A DNA stretch of 64,000 nt from Macrostomum lignano (Eukaryota), in assembly GCA_002269645.1 (NCBI GenBank), contig NIVC01000278.1, positions 372,001-436,000 on the forward strand. Reading direction: 5' to 3'. The translations under genes were made by a program, and so were the position numbers. Under the pieces are notes generated by a model. It had not been told where the DNA came from. It searched no databases and was given only the letters and a program-made list of their open reading frames with translations. Positions 27,236-39,059 of this stretch are shown in pieces (positions within the stretch are counted from its first letter, which is position 1; the number at the start of each line of letters is the position of its first letter).

Positions 27236-29395
27236 CTATCCTTGAGCAATGCAGCAGTGTGAAGCCCTGTGGCTATCAGAATCATTCGATAGATCGCTCA
27301 TGTGAGCAGCAGCAGAAAACCGAAACTGGTAGAATGCAGGTCCACCGGTCAACAGCTCCTGCATCTTGTCAGTGGTGACCAAATGTCCAGTAGAAAAGTT
27401 TCCAACACGGTTGGGATTCCTGGGAGATAGATTGTTAGTGCAAATAATATAATTTTTAAGTAGTAGTAGTAATAGTAGCACTTATTAAGTAACATAAGAA
27501 ATACGTAACCTAAAGTCAACAAGTACGAGTGCGTAGTTCATATGAAAAAATACTCACATAAGTAGGTGCGCATCAGCAATGAAGAAATTTTTTGACAGTC
27601 GATATTAACGCTTCTGCAGATTAAACTCGAAACAGGGTTCGCAGTATACAATGGTACTCTCACCACTGGGTGCTGAACGTAGATATTGACAAGCCAGTAG
27701 CTCTGCCATATTTCGGGCTTGAATAATCGGGGTTGCCCGTTGCCGTGAATCGCTAGACTGGCCTTGGAGTGTAGCTTGCGAGACAGTAAAGTTAGTGAAT
27801 AACTGTAGCAGTTTATCAATCTTTTGTTCGGCCTTGCCTTCGGACTTTAAATGGTCACAACAATTACAGTTGCAAGCTGGACCATCGACTCGACCATCAG
27901 ATACTGCGGGTGTTGACATTGGAGCAGCGAAGCTCATGTCCAAACTCCCTAGCGAGATGTGCAGATTCTGCTGTTCCAAGAAACTGGAACCCGTTTAAGG
28001 CAACTGCTGGCGGCACCCGGATGTTAATGCAGTTGCTGCTGACTGCTGCAATAGAGTCCCGTCGGCTGGTGTCGCCATCTGCTTCAGCTGGTGGTGTTGC
28101 TGCAGCTACACCAGCTGGTGTTGCACTCGCTGTGTGCTGCGGCAGCCCTACACCAGCTGGTGTTGCACTCGCTGTCTGCTGCAGCAGCCCTACATCAGCT
28201 GGAGTTGCACTCGCTGTCTGCTGCGGCAGCCCTGCATCAGCTGGTGTTGCGCTCGCTGTCTCGCTTTGCCTTTGCCTCATTTGCCTCAAGACACATATTT
28301 GCGGCTCGGTTTGTCATAAATAACCATAGACTAATTTCCTTTTACAGTTCTTTCTGGCAGTTAAGTTTCTCGCCCAAGCCCTCTCGTCTTTAACTCATAA
28401 AATATATGCAATTCAAATCTAAGTTAAGTTGTAGTTTCACTACACTATCTTAGCAAGTAGCTAAGTTTGACCTTTAACAGGCAAAAGTGAATAGATGGGG
28501 TATAATCAATTACCTGGACAAGTGACGTTTACGTGAATTAGCATCATTGCAAAATATTGTACAGTATTTCAGCTCCACACCAGCCTCCAGACAGGAAATG
28601 CAGTAGTGAGTGTCCTTTAAATTTCGGCCAGTATTGACGGCTTTAGCCTTTTGCTTAGGCTGCGTGCTAGCTCTCACTCTCAGTACTGCCAGTGCCATCG
28701 ACATTTGGCTCTTAGGTGCAGCAGGTGCTAAAGACAACTGTCCAAGTCAAAGTGCATTCAAATTCCAACCTGGTTTTGAATGTTCTGATGATGATTTGTC
28801 ACCTTGACCTTTGTGACTAGTTAAAGTTGAAGCTCCTTATTGAAAATTAAATTAGAAATCCATAAGTTAGATTTTATCAGAAATTATATTTATACTTAAC
28901 TTAAGATTCTTTCTAGACTAGACTTAGACTCATCACTCATTATGTCATATAAGTCATAAGTGTTAGACTTAACTTAAGCTAAGATAGATTAGTACTTAGT
29001 ATAATAGTATTAGTATTTAGTAGGTAGACTTCAAATTTTACATTAATACTTTATCCCAATAACCCAATTAACTAATTAAAAATGAAATGTTTAGTGTTTA
29101 GGCATTAGGTCCCATTCCCAAACTTAACTTAAAAAATGTTTAAACTTACCTGTCGCTGTCACAACTACATCATTATCTTCTTCAGCTGCTTCAGCAATAC
29201 TATTAGCAATAGCAACTTCAGCAACTTCAGCCTGTTTAGAATCAGCTCCAGCTTCAAGATTTAAACTAACGTTAAATTGAGGATTAGAAACAGTGGAGTC
29301 TAAGCTTTCGCTATCGCTATCGCTTTCAGTTTCAGTTTCAGCAGAGCTTGATGTTCAACTCGTGGTCTTTTTCTACTAGTAGACCTACTTGACAT
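27236..29395 (-). pseudogene. Decayed spliced gene with acidic N-terminus and Cys/His (zinc-finger-like) segments, possibly transposon-derived
   Basis: ATG at 29395 gives MSSRSTSRKRPRVE[frameshift]TSSSAETETESDSDSE...VVTATG, with donor G|gtaagt at 29150. The next exon has one TGA (28749) before ...THYCISCLEAG...NSRKRHLS. Further fragments are TASATPA 45-bp repeats, IVYCEPCF and ...GNFSTGH...SH. No DDE domain recognised. Confidence 0.45.
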
Positions 29396-31369
29396 TGTGC
29401 TTTCAGCTTTACAGAGTTTGACAGAAACTTTAACTTTTAACTTTAGTCTTAACTTTCATCTTAATGCCAGTCAGTTTCAGTTAGCAAATAATCAGTTAAT
29501 AAGTTAGCATTAATCAGAAATCAGTTAATAGTTAACGAAAAATGGAGCATATCGCAATTTAAATAGTTACACCTATGTTATATATATCCCTGTTATACTG
29601 CAAGCAAGTAAAATATATATTATGCCTCTAGCAGCAGGTTTTATTAGAATTTTTTAAATTATTCAATAGAACAATAGATAGGAGTATATTTTGTTGAAGT
29701 GAATGTATTTCTAACATAAATTCCATTTTTTAAATTATCGTGCAAGTTCCTAAAAATACCGATGTTTATGTACATTACATTGCAAGTTGCAACAGCAACA
29801 GCGTGTACGCCACTCACGCCAATAGGTAGGGCCCAATTTTTTGGTTGTACGCCAATGTACGCCAATAGGGTTAGCAAGGGGGCCATGATCCGGACTATGG
29901 GCAGCATCCAGTGCAGCTTATTTCGCTGCTCCAGGGTGATGTTCTGGCCATCCTGCTGCTGTTAAGACCGCATTGTCGCATAGAACGACTCAACTATGGC
30001 CTCTAGGATTAAAAAATAAAAATAAGTGTAAAAAAGATTTCAAAAAGTAAAAAATGTGTATGCCAAGTGTACGCCAAAAGTCGTGAGTGTATGCCGGATT
30101 AATCCGAGTATTTATCTGAGCATATGTCTAAGTATTTGGTCTGTGAATCTAGTGTCTCTAGTGTTTCTAGTGTCTCAAGTGTCTCTAGTGTTTTTAGCAC
30201 CAATTCAAATTGCACTGAATGATCAATATTTAGGTTCCACACAAATAAATAACGCTAAAACAACTAGTCTCATATATTTCAATGTCCCAATGACAGGACT
30301 CAATGGTAGCAAATGGCCTAAGCGGCGCAGTCCTGGCACTGACAAATGTCTGCGCTTGAGCGTGTCTGAGTTTAGCTCTCAGAGAGCCCTAACTTCTACT
30401 AAACTAATAGCTATGTCTCGCGCAGATAAGCGTCGAGGAATAGGTCTACGTGCCTGAAGCAGCAATAGACTCACGCTAACTAAGCTATCAGCTATTCCTT
30501 AGAATCGCGCACGAGTGCTGTGACTGCACACTCACTCTCACTTATTCGCGCCTGTGTCGCGAATAGACATTAGCAGAATGGCTTCAGCCAACTGATTTCC
30601 TGCCAAAAGAGTAGGCTGGAAAAATCAGAGCTATAGCACTAGCAGTGCTCTACCAAAACCTGCTCAGGAGCGTGCTTTCTGCATCAGCGCTGCAATGCTC
30701 TTCCAAGACCTGCTCAGGAGCTTGCGGCTGCTTCTAGCGATGCTTTGCTCTACTCAAACCTGTTTAGGAGCTTTGCTTCGCTGTTAACTAGCACTAGAGC
30801 GCTTACTCGGAGATAGCTCTCAACGAGTCTGACCAGCGGTCAAAACGGTTCTGAGGAAAAATTGAGACAGACAGGCCTGCATTCGTTAATATAGAACGCG
30901 GAGGGTGGAGCGTTTTGGCATTCCGTGGCTTGACCATGGAACAGCAGCCCGAAAAGTGCGGATAATGATGCACAACAGATATTAAACTATACAAGAACAA
31001 GAACAAGCCAAGAACTATACAGGCAGCAAGTTTAACGGAAAACCAATTTAAGTATTTATGCACTTTCTGCAGTCCGTCTAGACTGTGTTGTATATTGCAA
31101 AGGCATGCTAGTCTAAATAACGGCGGCAAGGAATGAGTAAGTTAGTAATCCTGAAGTACAAGTTCGTAGCAAGGTTTTACGAATTGTAGATACATCTAGA
31201 CTGCGCATATCTCTAATTCCCCAATCCGGTATGTTCTGAACTTCTGTCCCAGTATACAGGTGGTATACAGTTACTACAGCAATCGTTAGGTAAGTACATG
31301 TAAGTGACTGCAGCAAGGTTTTTTAATGTTTTCAGTATGCCATTTGTTGTATTCCCGAATGCAACAAAA

Positions 31370-31693
31370 TCAGTTTTAGCGCAGCAGACACTTATTTTAG
31401 CGCCGCAGGCAGTCATTTTAGCGCCGCAGTCACTCATTTTAGCGCCGCAGACACTTATTTTAGCGCAGCAGACACTCATTTTAGCGCAGCAGACACTCAT
31501 TTTAGCGCAGCAGACACTCATTTTAGCGCCGCAGGCACTCCTTTTAGCGCCGCAGGCACTCCTTTTAGCTCCACAGGCACTCATTTTAGCACTAAAAGTA
31601 AGCACTGGTATTTTGGCCTTAGAAAAGAATACCGACAGGCAACTCATTTTTATTATATAAGATACAGACAACTCATTTTTAGGATATATAGGA
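31370..31693 (-). mobile_element. Helitron-like 5' portion with two stacked 5' ends and a subterminal ~21-bp array
   Basis: Reverse complement: A|TCCTATATATCCTAAAAATGAGTTGTCTGTA|TCTTATATAATAAAAATGAGTTGCCTGTC..., then (AAAATGAGTGTCTGCTGCGCT)n. Confidence 0.6.
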
Positions 31694-32979
31694 TGCCCGG
31701 CGCTTCAGCTTGGCCGGCTCTTACGCCACTATGTATTATTATATTTCAAATATTTTTACAGTATTGGTTACAGTTTGTATATAATAGTGTGCGAGTAATA
31801 AAGCAGTGCATCAATATAAATAAATCGAAGTACAGTATAAAATAAATCGAATAAAAGTAGAGAATTGATATTTGAAAACTGATATGTATTGAATTGTGAA
31901 ATAGGATTTGACATTATGGAATTAAAATATATCTCAGTTATTAGGCAATAAAATATTGATTACTATTGTGATGGATTTAAGTAGTAAAAATAGTTTACAG
32001 GTATTGTCATAAATACAGAGTAATAAGTGACTGTGGATATCAGTTAATTGCTCATTAATTGGTAACGTATGTAAACAGTCAACATTCAATGTAAATTTAT
32101 AGCGTAGCATGACTAGAGAGCTTTATGGTAGCTATAGCGAAGATATTAAAATTGTCAATGTTAGTCAGTTAAATCTGTTTTCACTGAACTAAAGTTACTA
32201 AACCAATAATTAAACTGGTTTTAAATAAGCATTCATATGCTTCTCACTTTCAACTCGTTTTGCTATGGTGACAAAAGTATCCAGGTATCCAGGTGCAGAT
32301 TTGCGGTGCCCCTATGGCATCGCAGCGGCCAGGCCATAGGCGTTGAATATCCTGGGCCCCAGGTCCGGCTAGATTAAAAAGCCGGCAGCCCAGAGCTCCG
32401 GCAACGGCAGAGCGCGCTCGAAGCCCTCGTAGCGATCGGGCAGAATCTGAATGAGAGTGCAAAATGTTTTTAACTGGTTAGTTTTGTCTTCGTTACATAT
32501 TGCTGAAGATTCTGGAGGGTAAAGACCCAGGGTGGATTCTGGAGGGTATTTGCTTAAGACGAACGAGTCAATTGTGGATGGAATGTACTTATCTGTTGTA
32601 GTAGGATGCAATAACTCGTAGGATGGTAGGATGCAGTGCCGCCAAGTATCAGAACGTAGCCGAGTGGCCAAACCAAGGCTGCTGGGGTGCTGGAATTGAA
32701 CTTAATTGGTTGCATTGAACAGCAGTCCTAAGTAATATTTTTTTTAATGTAAATCGTAACAGTGTGCAATGCTTTTTTACTGATTACAACTTGCCAAGTT
32801 TATACTATGGTATGATCAATAAATAAGGAAGAAATTGAAGGCAAAGATTTTTAATCCAAAAAGGGGGCTGGGTAAGAACCCTCGGGGCGAACCATTTTTA
32901 TTTAAATACTACAATACATATTCACAGCAAACCATTTCGCCCCGAGGGTTCATATCTGATTGTAGGGAAAGTTCTCGGA

Positions 32980-33190
32980 ATTGTCTGTCTGTCTGTCCTT
33001 CTGTGTGTCTGTATGTATGTCTGTATCGGTTCGCCTGCCTGTCAGTCTGTCTGTCCTTCTGTATGTCTGTCTGTATCGGTCTGTCTGCCTGTCTGTCCTT
33101 CTGTATGTCTGTCTGTCCTTCTGTATGTCTGCCTGTCTCTCGGCCTGTCTGTCTGTCTGTCCATCCGTCTGCCTGCTAGCCTGTCTGTCT
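32980..33190. repeat. (TCTG)n-type microsatellite
   Basis: Direct reading. Confidence 0.9.
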
Positions 33191-33869
33191 GAAATAGTGA
33201 AATAGTGATTTTTTGTGAATTGGTATTATTCTTTATTCCTTAGGGACATCTGTTTAAAAATGTTAAAAAATTCCGAAAACTTTCCCCACAGTCAGATAGC
33301 CCAGCCCACCCAGCGCAATTTTACACAATTTTACAATTTTACGCAAAGTTTTTAAAGCCGCAGGCCGCTGCTGCGGAGGCGCCGAATGCGGCGGCGCTGA
33401 GCCAGCGGCGGCGGTGGTGGCGGTGGCGCCGGTGGTGGTGGCGGTGGCGCCGGCGGTGGTGGCGCCGGCGGCGGTGGCACTTGATCCTGATCCTGATCCA
33501 TCTGGAAAAGAAACCAGAGTTGAGTGAAAAAAACCATTTTTCGCACCATCTTGAAACCATAATGATGAATTGCGTCACTTAAAACATGATGCTAGTGTAT
33601 GTCTAGAAACCATAGTGCACATGTCCTCCTCATACTAATTTTAGTAGCCTACTCTTCCTAGTTGTCTCGCAGGTCACTCAGATACTCAGGGTGAACCTCC
33701 TGGATTTAAAGGTCTGTGTTCAGTATATTGCTTGTGTATAGGAAAAATTTGTGTGCTTTGGGAGCACTAGAAACGGTGGGAAAGAAAAAGTGGATGGCTA
33801 TGTAATCCTACTAAATTAGTTACGCCATGAAGATTTTAACATTAAGATTCGCATAAGGTAATTTTTTAA

Positions 33870-34580
33870 ATCTAAATGGCCTCCTAAAAATGCATGTTTC
33901 CTTGGTTGTTACACTGCCGCAGACTGTGATGGAGCTGGAGATACACAAATTCCTCTTAGGGCTGCTGATTGATTAGTTTCAATATTTAAGTTTTAATTTC
34001 AAGTTGAAATAGGAAGTTTCAACTCTGTAACTCAACCGAAAAAGAAACTGTAAGCATGTGAAGTTTGTCTGCTTTTTCTGTTGTTTTTGCCACTCACTCA
34101 CTCATTCCCCCAGCCCAGACGAAGGGTCAGGCGATAGGGCTGAATGTACATAGCAAATGTACCGTGTTTTAGAATAACTTTTTAATAGCCTTCTGTGTAC
34201 CCCGCGCGTGGAAAGGCTACGTTTAGCCATGACAGTTTAGTGAGAAATTCTAACCACTGTCCTCTGTATTGGCAAACTCTGCAGCAGTTTAACAGTGGAT
34301 GGCAAATCGAGGGAATTCAGCATGGTTTGTAAAAGCGAAAGATTTATGAAAAGGCGATGCAATGCAATACAACCCTACTAAATTAGTCACACCATGGAAA
34401 TTTTAGGTTTCTCTTAAAAGTACTTTGAATTTTAAATTTCCTCCTAAGAAATGCGTATTTCCTTTGTTGTTAAACTGCTGCAGACTGCAGTGGAGATGAA
34501 AATACACAAATTCCTTTCAGGACTGCAAATTGGCAAGAAAGAAGACATGATCAAAGCATGAGAACAGCCATGAGAGTACT
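33870..34580 (-). repeat. Dispersed repeat family copy (inverse of 13970-14560)
   Basis: The reverse complement matches 13970-14560 over ~550 bp, plus a partial duplicate at 33870-33960. Confidence 0.8.
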
Positions 34581-36109
34581 AAGAGAGGAAAGAAGACGGG
34601 AGAGAGAGCAGAGGAGAGACAACGGGAGAGAAGTGGAGTAAGACAGACACTAAGAAAGACATTGGGACAGACACTAAGATAGACACTAGGATAGATAACA
34701 GATATGACAGAAATAACTATATATAGCTTATTACTAAATATATATATATAGCTTATTATGAACTGTAAATATCCACCTATAATAAATGTCTAAGTCTGTT
34801 ATAACTAAATGCGCATAGCTTAAAACTCACTATATATGCTTATAACTAAGCAAATATTGGTTATTATGAAGCGTATTATCAGAGTAAGACTCTAGGAAGT
34901 CGAACAATTTTAAAGTTCAAAATGCCATCCACAATTTGTGCAAGCGAAAATCACAATCAAAAAAACGTGGCGCCAAGTCTTATGACGCTCGTTAAAAGAT
35001 TAATCTAATATATTCCATTGAAAAAACTTGATATCGTGCGCTTGCAGCAAAACTGAATTTTACTAAGAATTATTCAAACAGTGGCATTTTCGCTTTAAAA
35101 TTATTCGATTCCTTGAACTTACCTGTATTTAAAGACAAATTAAAAATAACCAAGTATAGCCGTTAAGCTTGCGCTCAAATATTTATACTCTATGCAGGCC
35201 TATGCTTAAAATGAGACAAGGATAGAATTTTCTTTCCAGCTCTTTATATAAGCTCCTTGATACTGGTGAATAAAGCCACAAATTAACTTACACCGTGGGT
35301 GGTGGCCGTCGTTGAATCAAAAAGCGAGAGGCTCATTAATCAAAGGGAGGGGTTGGCTTGCCTAACTCACCGTGGGAGAATTCTCATTGGCCCGCGTGCT
35401 CAGTTTTGGGGTGGGTGTAGAACGGTGGCCCTCTCTCAATGTACGATAACTCCTAGTAGGCTGCTTGCAAGTCAGCGTTCAAACTTTTATGGGAAAACTA
35501 TTCGACTATATATAATATACTAGAATTTAGAATTAGAATTTATAATGTATATTAGTACATATAGAATATATACGAGCGTATGGTCAGACACACAAGACAG
35601 GCAAATCTGCTGACTCATCAGTTCAAGTGCTTGGAAGGTCAGTTTGTCATTGTGGGGGGACAGAATACTCTCAAGTCGCAATCAGATAGCTCGTAGTAGG
35701 ACAGTGGTTGAATTCCTTACTGTACTGTCATGGCTTAACGTTACCAGAGAAGGCTATAAAAAGTTATTTTAACTTTCCCTCACAGTTATCCCTATCACCT
35801 GATCCTTGTCTGGGGGAATGAGTGAGTGCAGTAGCACAAACAACAAAAAGCAGACAAACTTCACATGCCTACAGTTTCTGTTCTAACTGAAGTACAAAGT
35901 TGAGACTTTATATTTAGACAGAGAATGAGTCAATAAAGAATTGTATAAAGTTTGAAGTCAATCGCTGTATACGTGGAGCAAACTTGTGTCAGCTGAAAGT
36001 TATTCAATTTTAAACCCCTTTCACACATCTGTCTAGTGGCCAGGAAGGAGAGAGACGGAGGTTGGGGTGGCTGTCTTGCTGACGAAAAGCAGACTAACTT
36101 TAAAAGCTT

Positions 36110-36830
36110 TAAAAGCGCGGGAAAGCTCGAATTGGCGCCGGAAGCTAAATTTGGCGCCAGGATCCCCAAATTGGCGCCAGGATCGCCGAATCAGCGCTGA
36201 AATGCTGAAATCAGCGCGAGAGGACCCAAACTAGCCCTGGAAAGCTCAAAATAGCGCTGGAAAGCTCAAATTGGCGCGGGAAAGCTCGAATTGGCGCCGG
36301 AAGCTAAATTTGGCGCCAGGATCCCCAAATTGGCGCCAGGAACCCCAAATCAACTCAAGAAGGCTCAAACCAGCCCTAGGAAGCTCAAACTAGCCCTGGA
36401 AAGCTCAAACTAGCGCTGGAAAGCTCAAATTGGCGCGGGAAAGCTCGAATTGGCGCCGGAAGCTAAATTTGGCGCCAGGATCCCCAAATTGGCGCCAGGA
36501 TCGCCGAATCAGCGCTGAAATGCTGAAATCAGCGCGAGAGGACCCAAACTAGCCCTGGAAAGCTCAAAATAGCGCTGGAAAGCTCAAATTGGCGCGGGAA
36601 AGCTCGAATTGGCGCCGGAAGCTAAATTTGGCGCCAGGATCCCCAAATTGGCGCCAGGAACCCCAAATCAACTCAAGAAGGCCCAAACCAGCCCTAGGAA
36701 GCTCAAACTAGCCCTGGAAAGCTCAAACTAGCGCTGGAAAGCTCAAATTGGCGCGGGAAAGCTCGAATTGGCGCCGGAAGCTAAATTTGGCGCCAGGATC
36801 CCCAAATTGGCGCCAGGATCGCCGAATCTG
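36110..36830. repeat. Higher-order tandem repeat: ~318-bp unit built from ~20-bp GGCGCC-containing subunits, about 2.2 copies
   Basis: AAAGCTCGAATTGGCGCCGGAAGC...GATCGCCGAATC recurs at 36122, 36440 and 36758. Confidence 0.9.
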
Positions 36831-39059
36831 TCTGTCTGCCCGTTTATCTGTCCTTCTCCGTGTTTTTCTCTCTCCCTGTGTGTCTGTACAGGTGTCTGGA
36901 CTGTACATGTATGTGTCCAAAAAATTAAATTTTGTGTGTTGAAAAACAAATGGTGTCCTATGGCAACTTACCAATGATGGAAGGGCTGGCCGCCTCGCCC
37001 TCGTCCCCCGCCTCGCCCTCGTCCCCCGCCTCGCCCTCCGCCCCGCAAGCCGAATCCAGTATTTCTGTAAAGTTCAAAAGTCGCAATGTAAGTTTTTTTG
37101 AGAGGCGCGCAATTTGTTCTATCAAGATATTTCGGGTGGGGCGGGGATGGGACGTGAATAAGGTCTCTGATAGCGAGAACATTAGAACCAGAGAACAAGT
37201 GTAAGTTTTACTCTGAGAACTGTTGTTTATTTCATTTATAGTAAATTGCTTATTAACTCTAAACTGCTCAGCTTTTGATGCACAGAGACGTTATACATAA
37301 ACTATAGTTGTGTTGTGTATGAGGCTATTCTGAGATTAACATGAGGAAATCAGATAGGAAGATATGACATTCAGGGATAAGGATGTGAGAATCAGGAAAT
37401 CTGGAGATTCGGGGATGCCTTCTCTGACCAGCTACTCCAAGTAGACAGCTACGAAATGTGTCGATTTTAGATTTTAGATTTTGGGTTCTGAAGGGGCATC
37501 CACTGAAGGATCTGAGGGGGCACCCACTGAAGGACCTGAGGGACCAGCCAGTGCAGCCACTGAAGGAACTGCTGGGCATCTAAAAGGTGTTTGACAGTGC
37601 TGAGAATTAATGAGGTCTTTAGCATAGAGGGGGAGGGATTTTACACCTGAAAATCTGAAATCTCCTACGATCTGCCAGCAGCTTCACTTCTGATCCCTGC
37701 AGCCCTATAGCCTTCTTTTGCTAGCCTGCATATGTATAAGGTATCACCCCATGGACTGATTTATCTGGACCACATACAAGACTGAGGACTGTGTTGATGG
37801 GCCGAGACGAAGCCGATCTAGTTACGATTTAAATCGTAAATGAAAGAAATTAGACTGCATATTTAGGAGTATACATTTTAGCATTCAATATTTGAAAAAT
37901 ATCTTACCCAGCCAGCTGGCCCAGCAGCTGGGCTTGCAGCAGCTGCAAGCGGGCGACGGTTTGCATCTGGAAATAAATTAATATTTACACAAATAAGCTT
38001 GCTGAATTTAATTCTGTGTAATGTAATGTCCTAGTGCCTGACCATCAATCTGAAAGCTCAGTAAAGCTTATTCTAACTTGAGACTGTGTCTGGAATCTGA
38101 GATCTGGAACCTGAAATCTGGAATCTGAGATCTGGGATCTGGAACCTGAAATCTGGAATCTGAGATCTAGATAGCAAAGATATATATAGAAATGATTTAG
38201 GCAGCAAATGCACGTACTAATGTCTCTCTTTTGCGGACGCGGGCCCAGCGGCGGCCCGCCCGCCGTCTGGCAGCCGCCTCCGCCGGTGCTGCCTCCGCCG
38301 GTGCTGCCTCCGCCGGAGCCGCCGCCGGAGCCGCCGGAGCCGCCGCCGGAGCTGCCGGCGCTGCCTCCGCCGGAGCCGCCGCCGGAGCTGCCTCCGGAGC
38401 TGCCTCCGGAGCTGCCTCCGCCGCCGCCGGAGCTGCCTCCGCCGCAGCCTCCACCTCGGCGGCCCAGTCAACAGGGCCCCTTTTTGGGGCCCTCTTTTTA
38501 TTTCTTTTTTCCATTGCTGCAAATGATTACAGAAATTCTATTATATAAAATTCTAATCCTTTCGAAATTTATATTTTTATATACTAAATATGGGAGAAAT
38601 GGAAGAAGTGACAGATAGGGTGAATAGGGAAAAATGGGAGAGAAGTGACCTATAGGGTGAATAGGGAAAAGAAATGGGAGAGAAGTGAGAGCTGGGGTGC
38701 ATTGGGAGATTTAACTAGCTTTAACTAACTAGATTTAACTAGCTATATACTAACTGTGATTGTTAGCCAACCGTGTTTTTGTGAACAGGGTTGTTGCCTC
38801 TCCTGCACCACGCAGAGGTCATCACAACGCAGGAGTGGGGATCTGGATGTATGCAAAGTGACAATAATTACCCCAGCAAAGTATACAGAACTGATTTGCA
38901 AAGTGGGCAAAGTCACAGCAGTGAACCAGATCTTCTGCCACAGCATTTTCTGCAAAGCGGCCAGTCTTGCAAAGAGACTGAGGATTGCTTTACTGAGTAT
39001 AACATCAGTTAAGTTTAAAACAGACAGTTTTTTGGCTCTTAATTCGAATAGATGCATGC

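Noticed and set aside
20930-31693. Inverted ~20-bp arrays as TIRs of a single ~10.8-kb DNA transposon
   Set aside because: No TSD was found, and each array is better explained by its own Helitron-like A|TC start.
30803-32671. Short minus-strand ORF fragments (e.g. RYEGFERALPLPELWAAG; VYHLYTGTEVQNIPDWG)
   Set aside because: They look coding-like but could not be assigned or joined convincingly.
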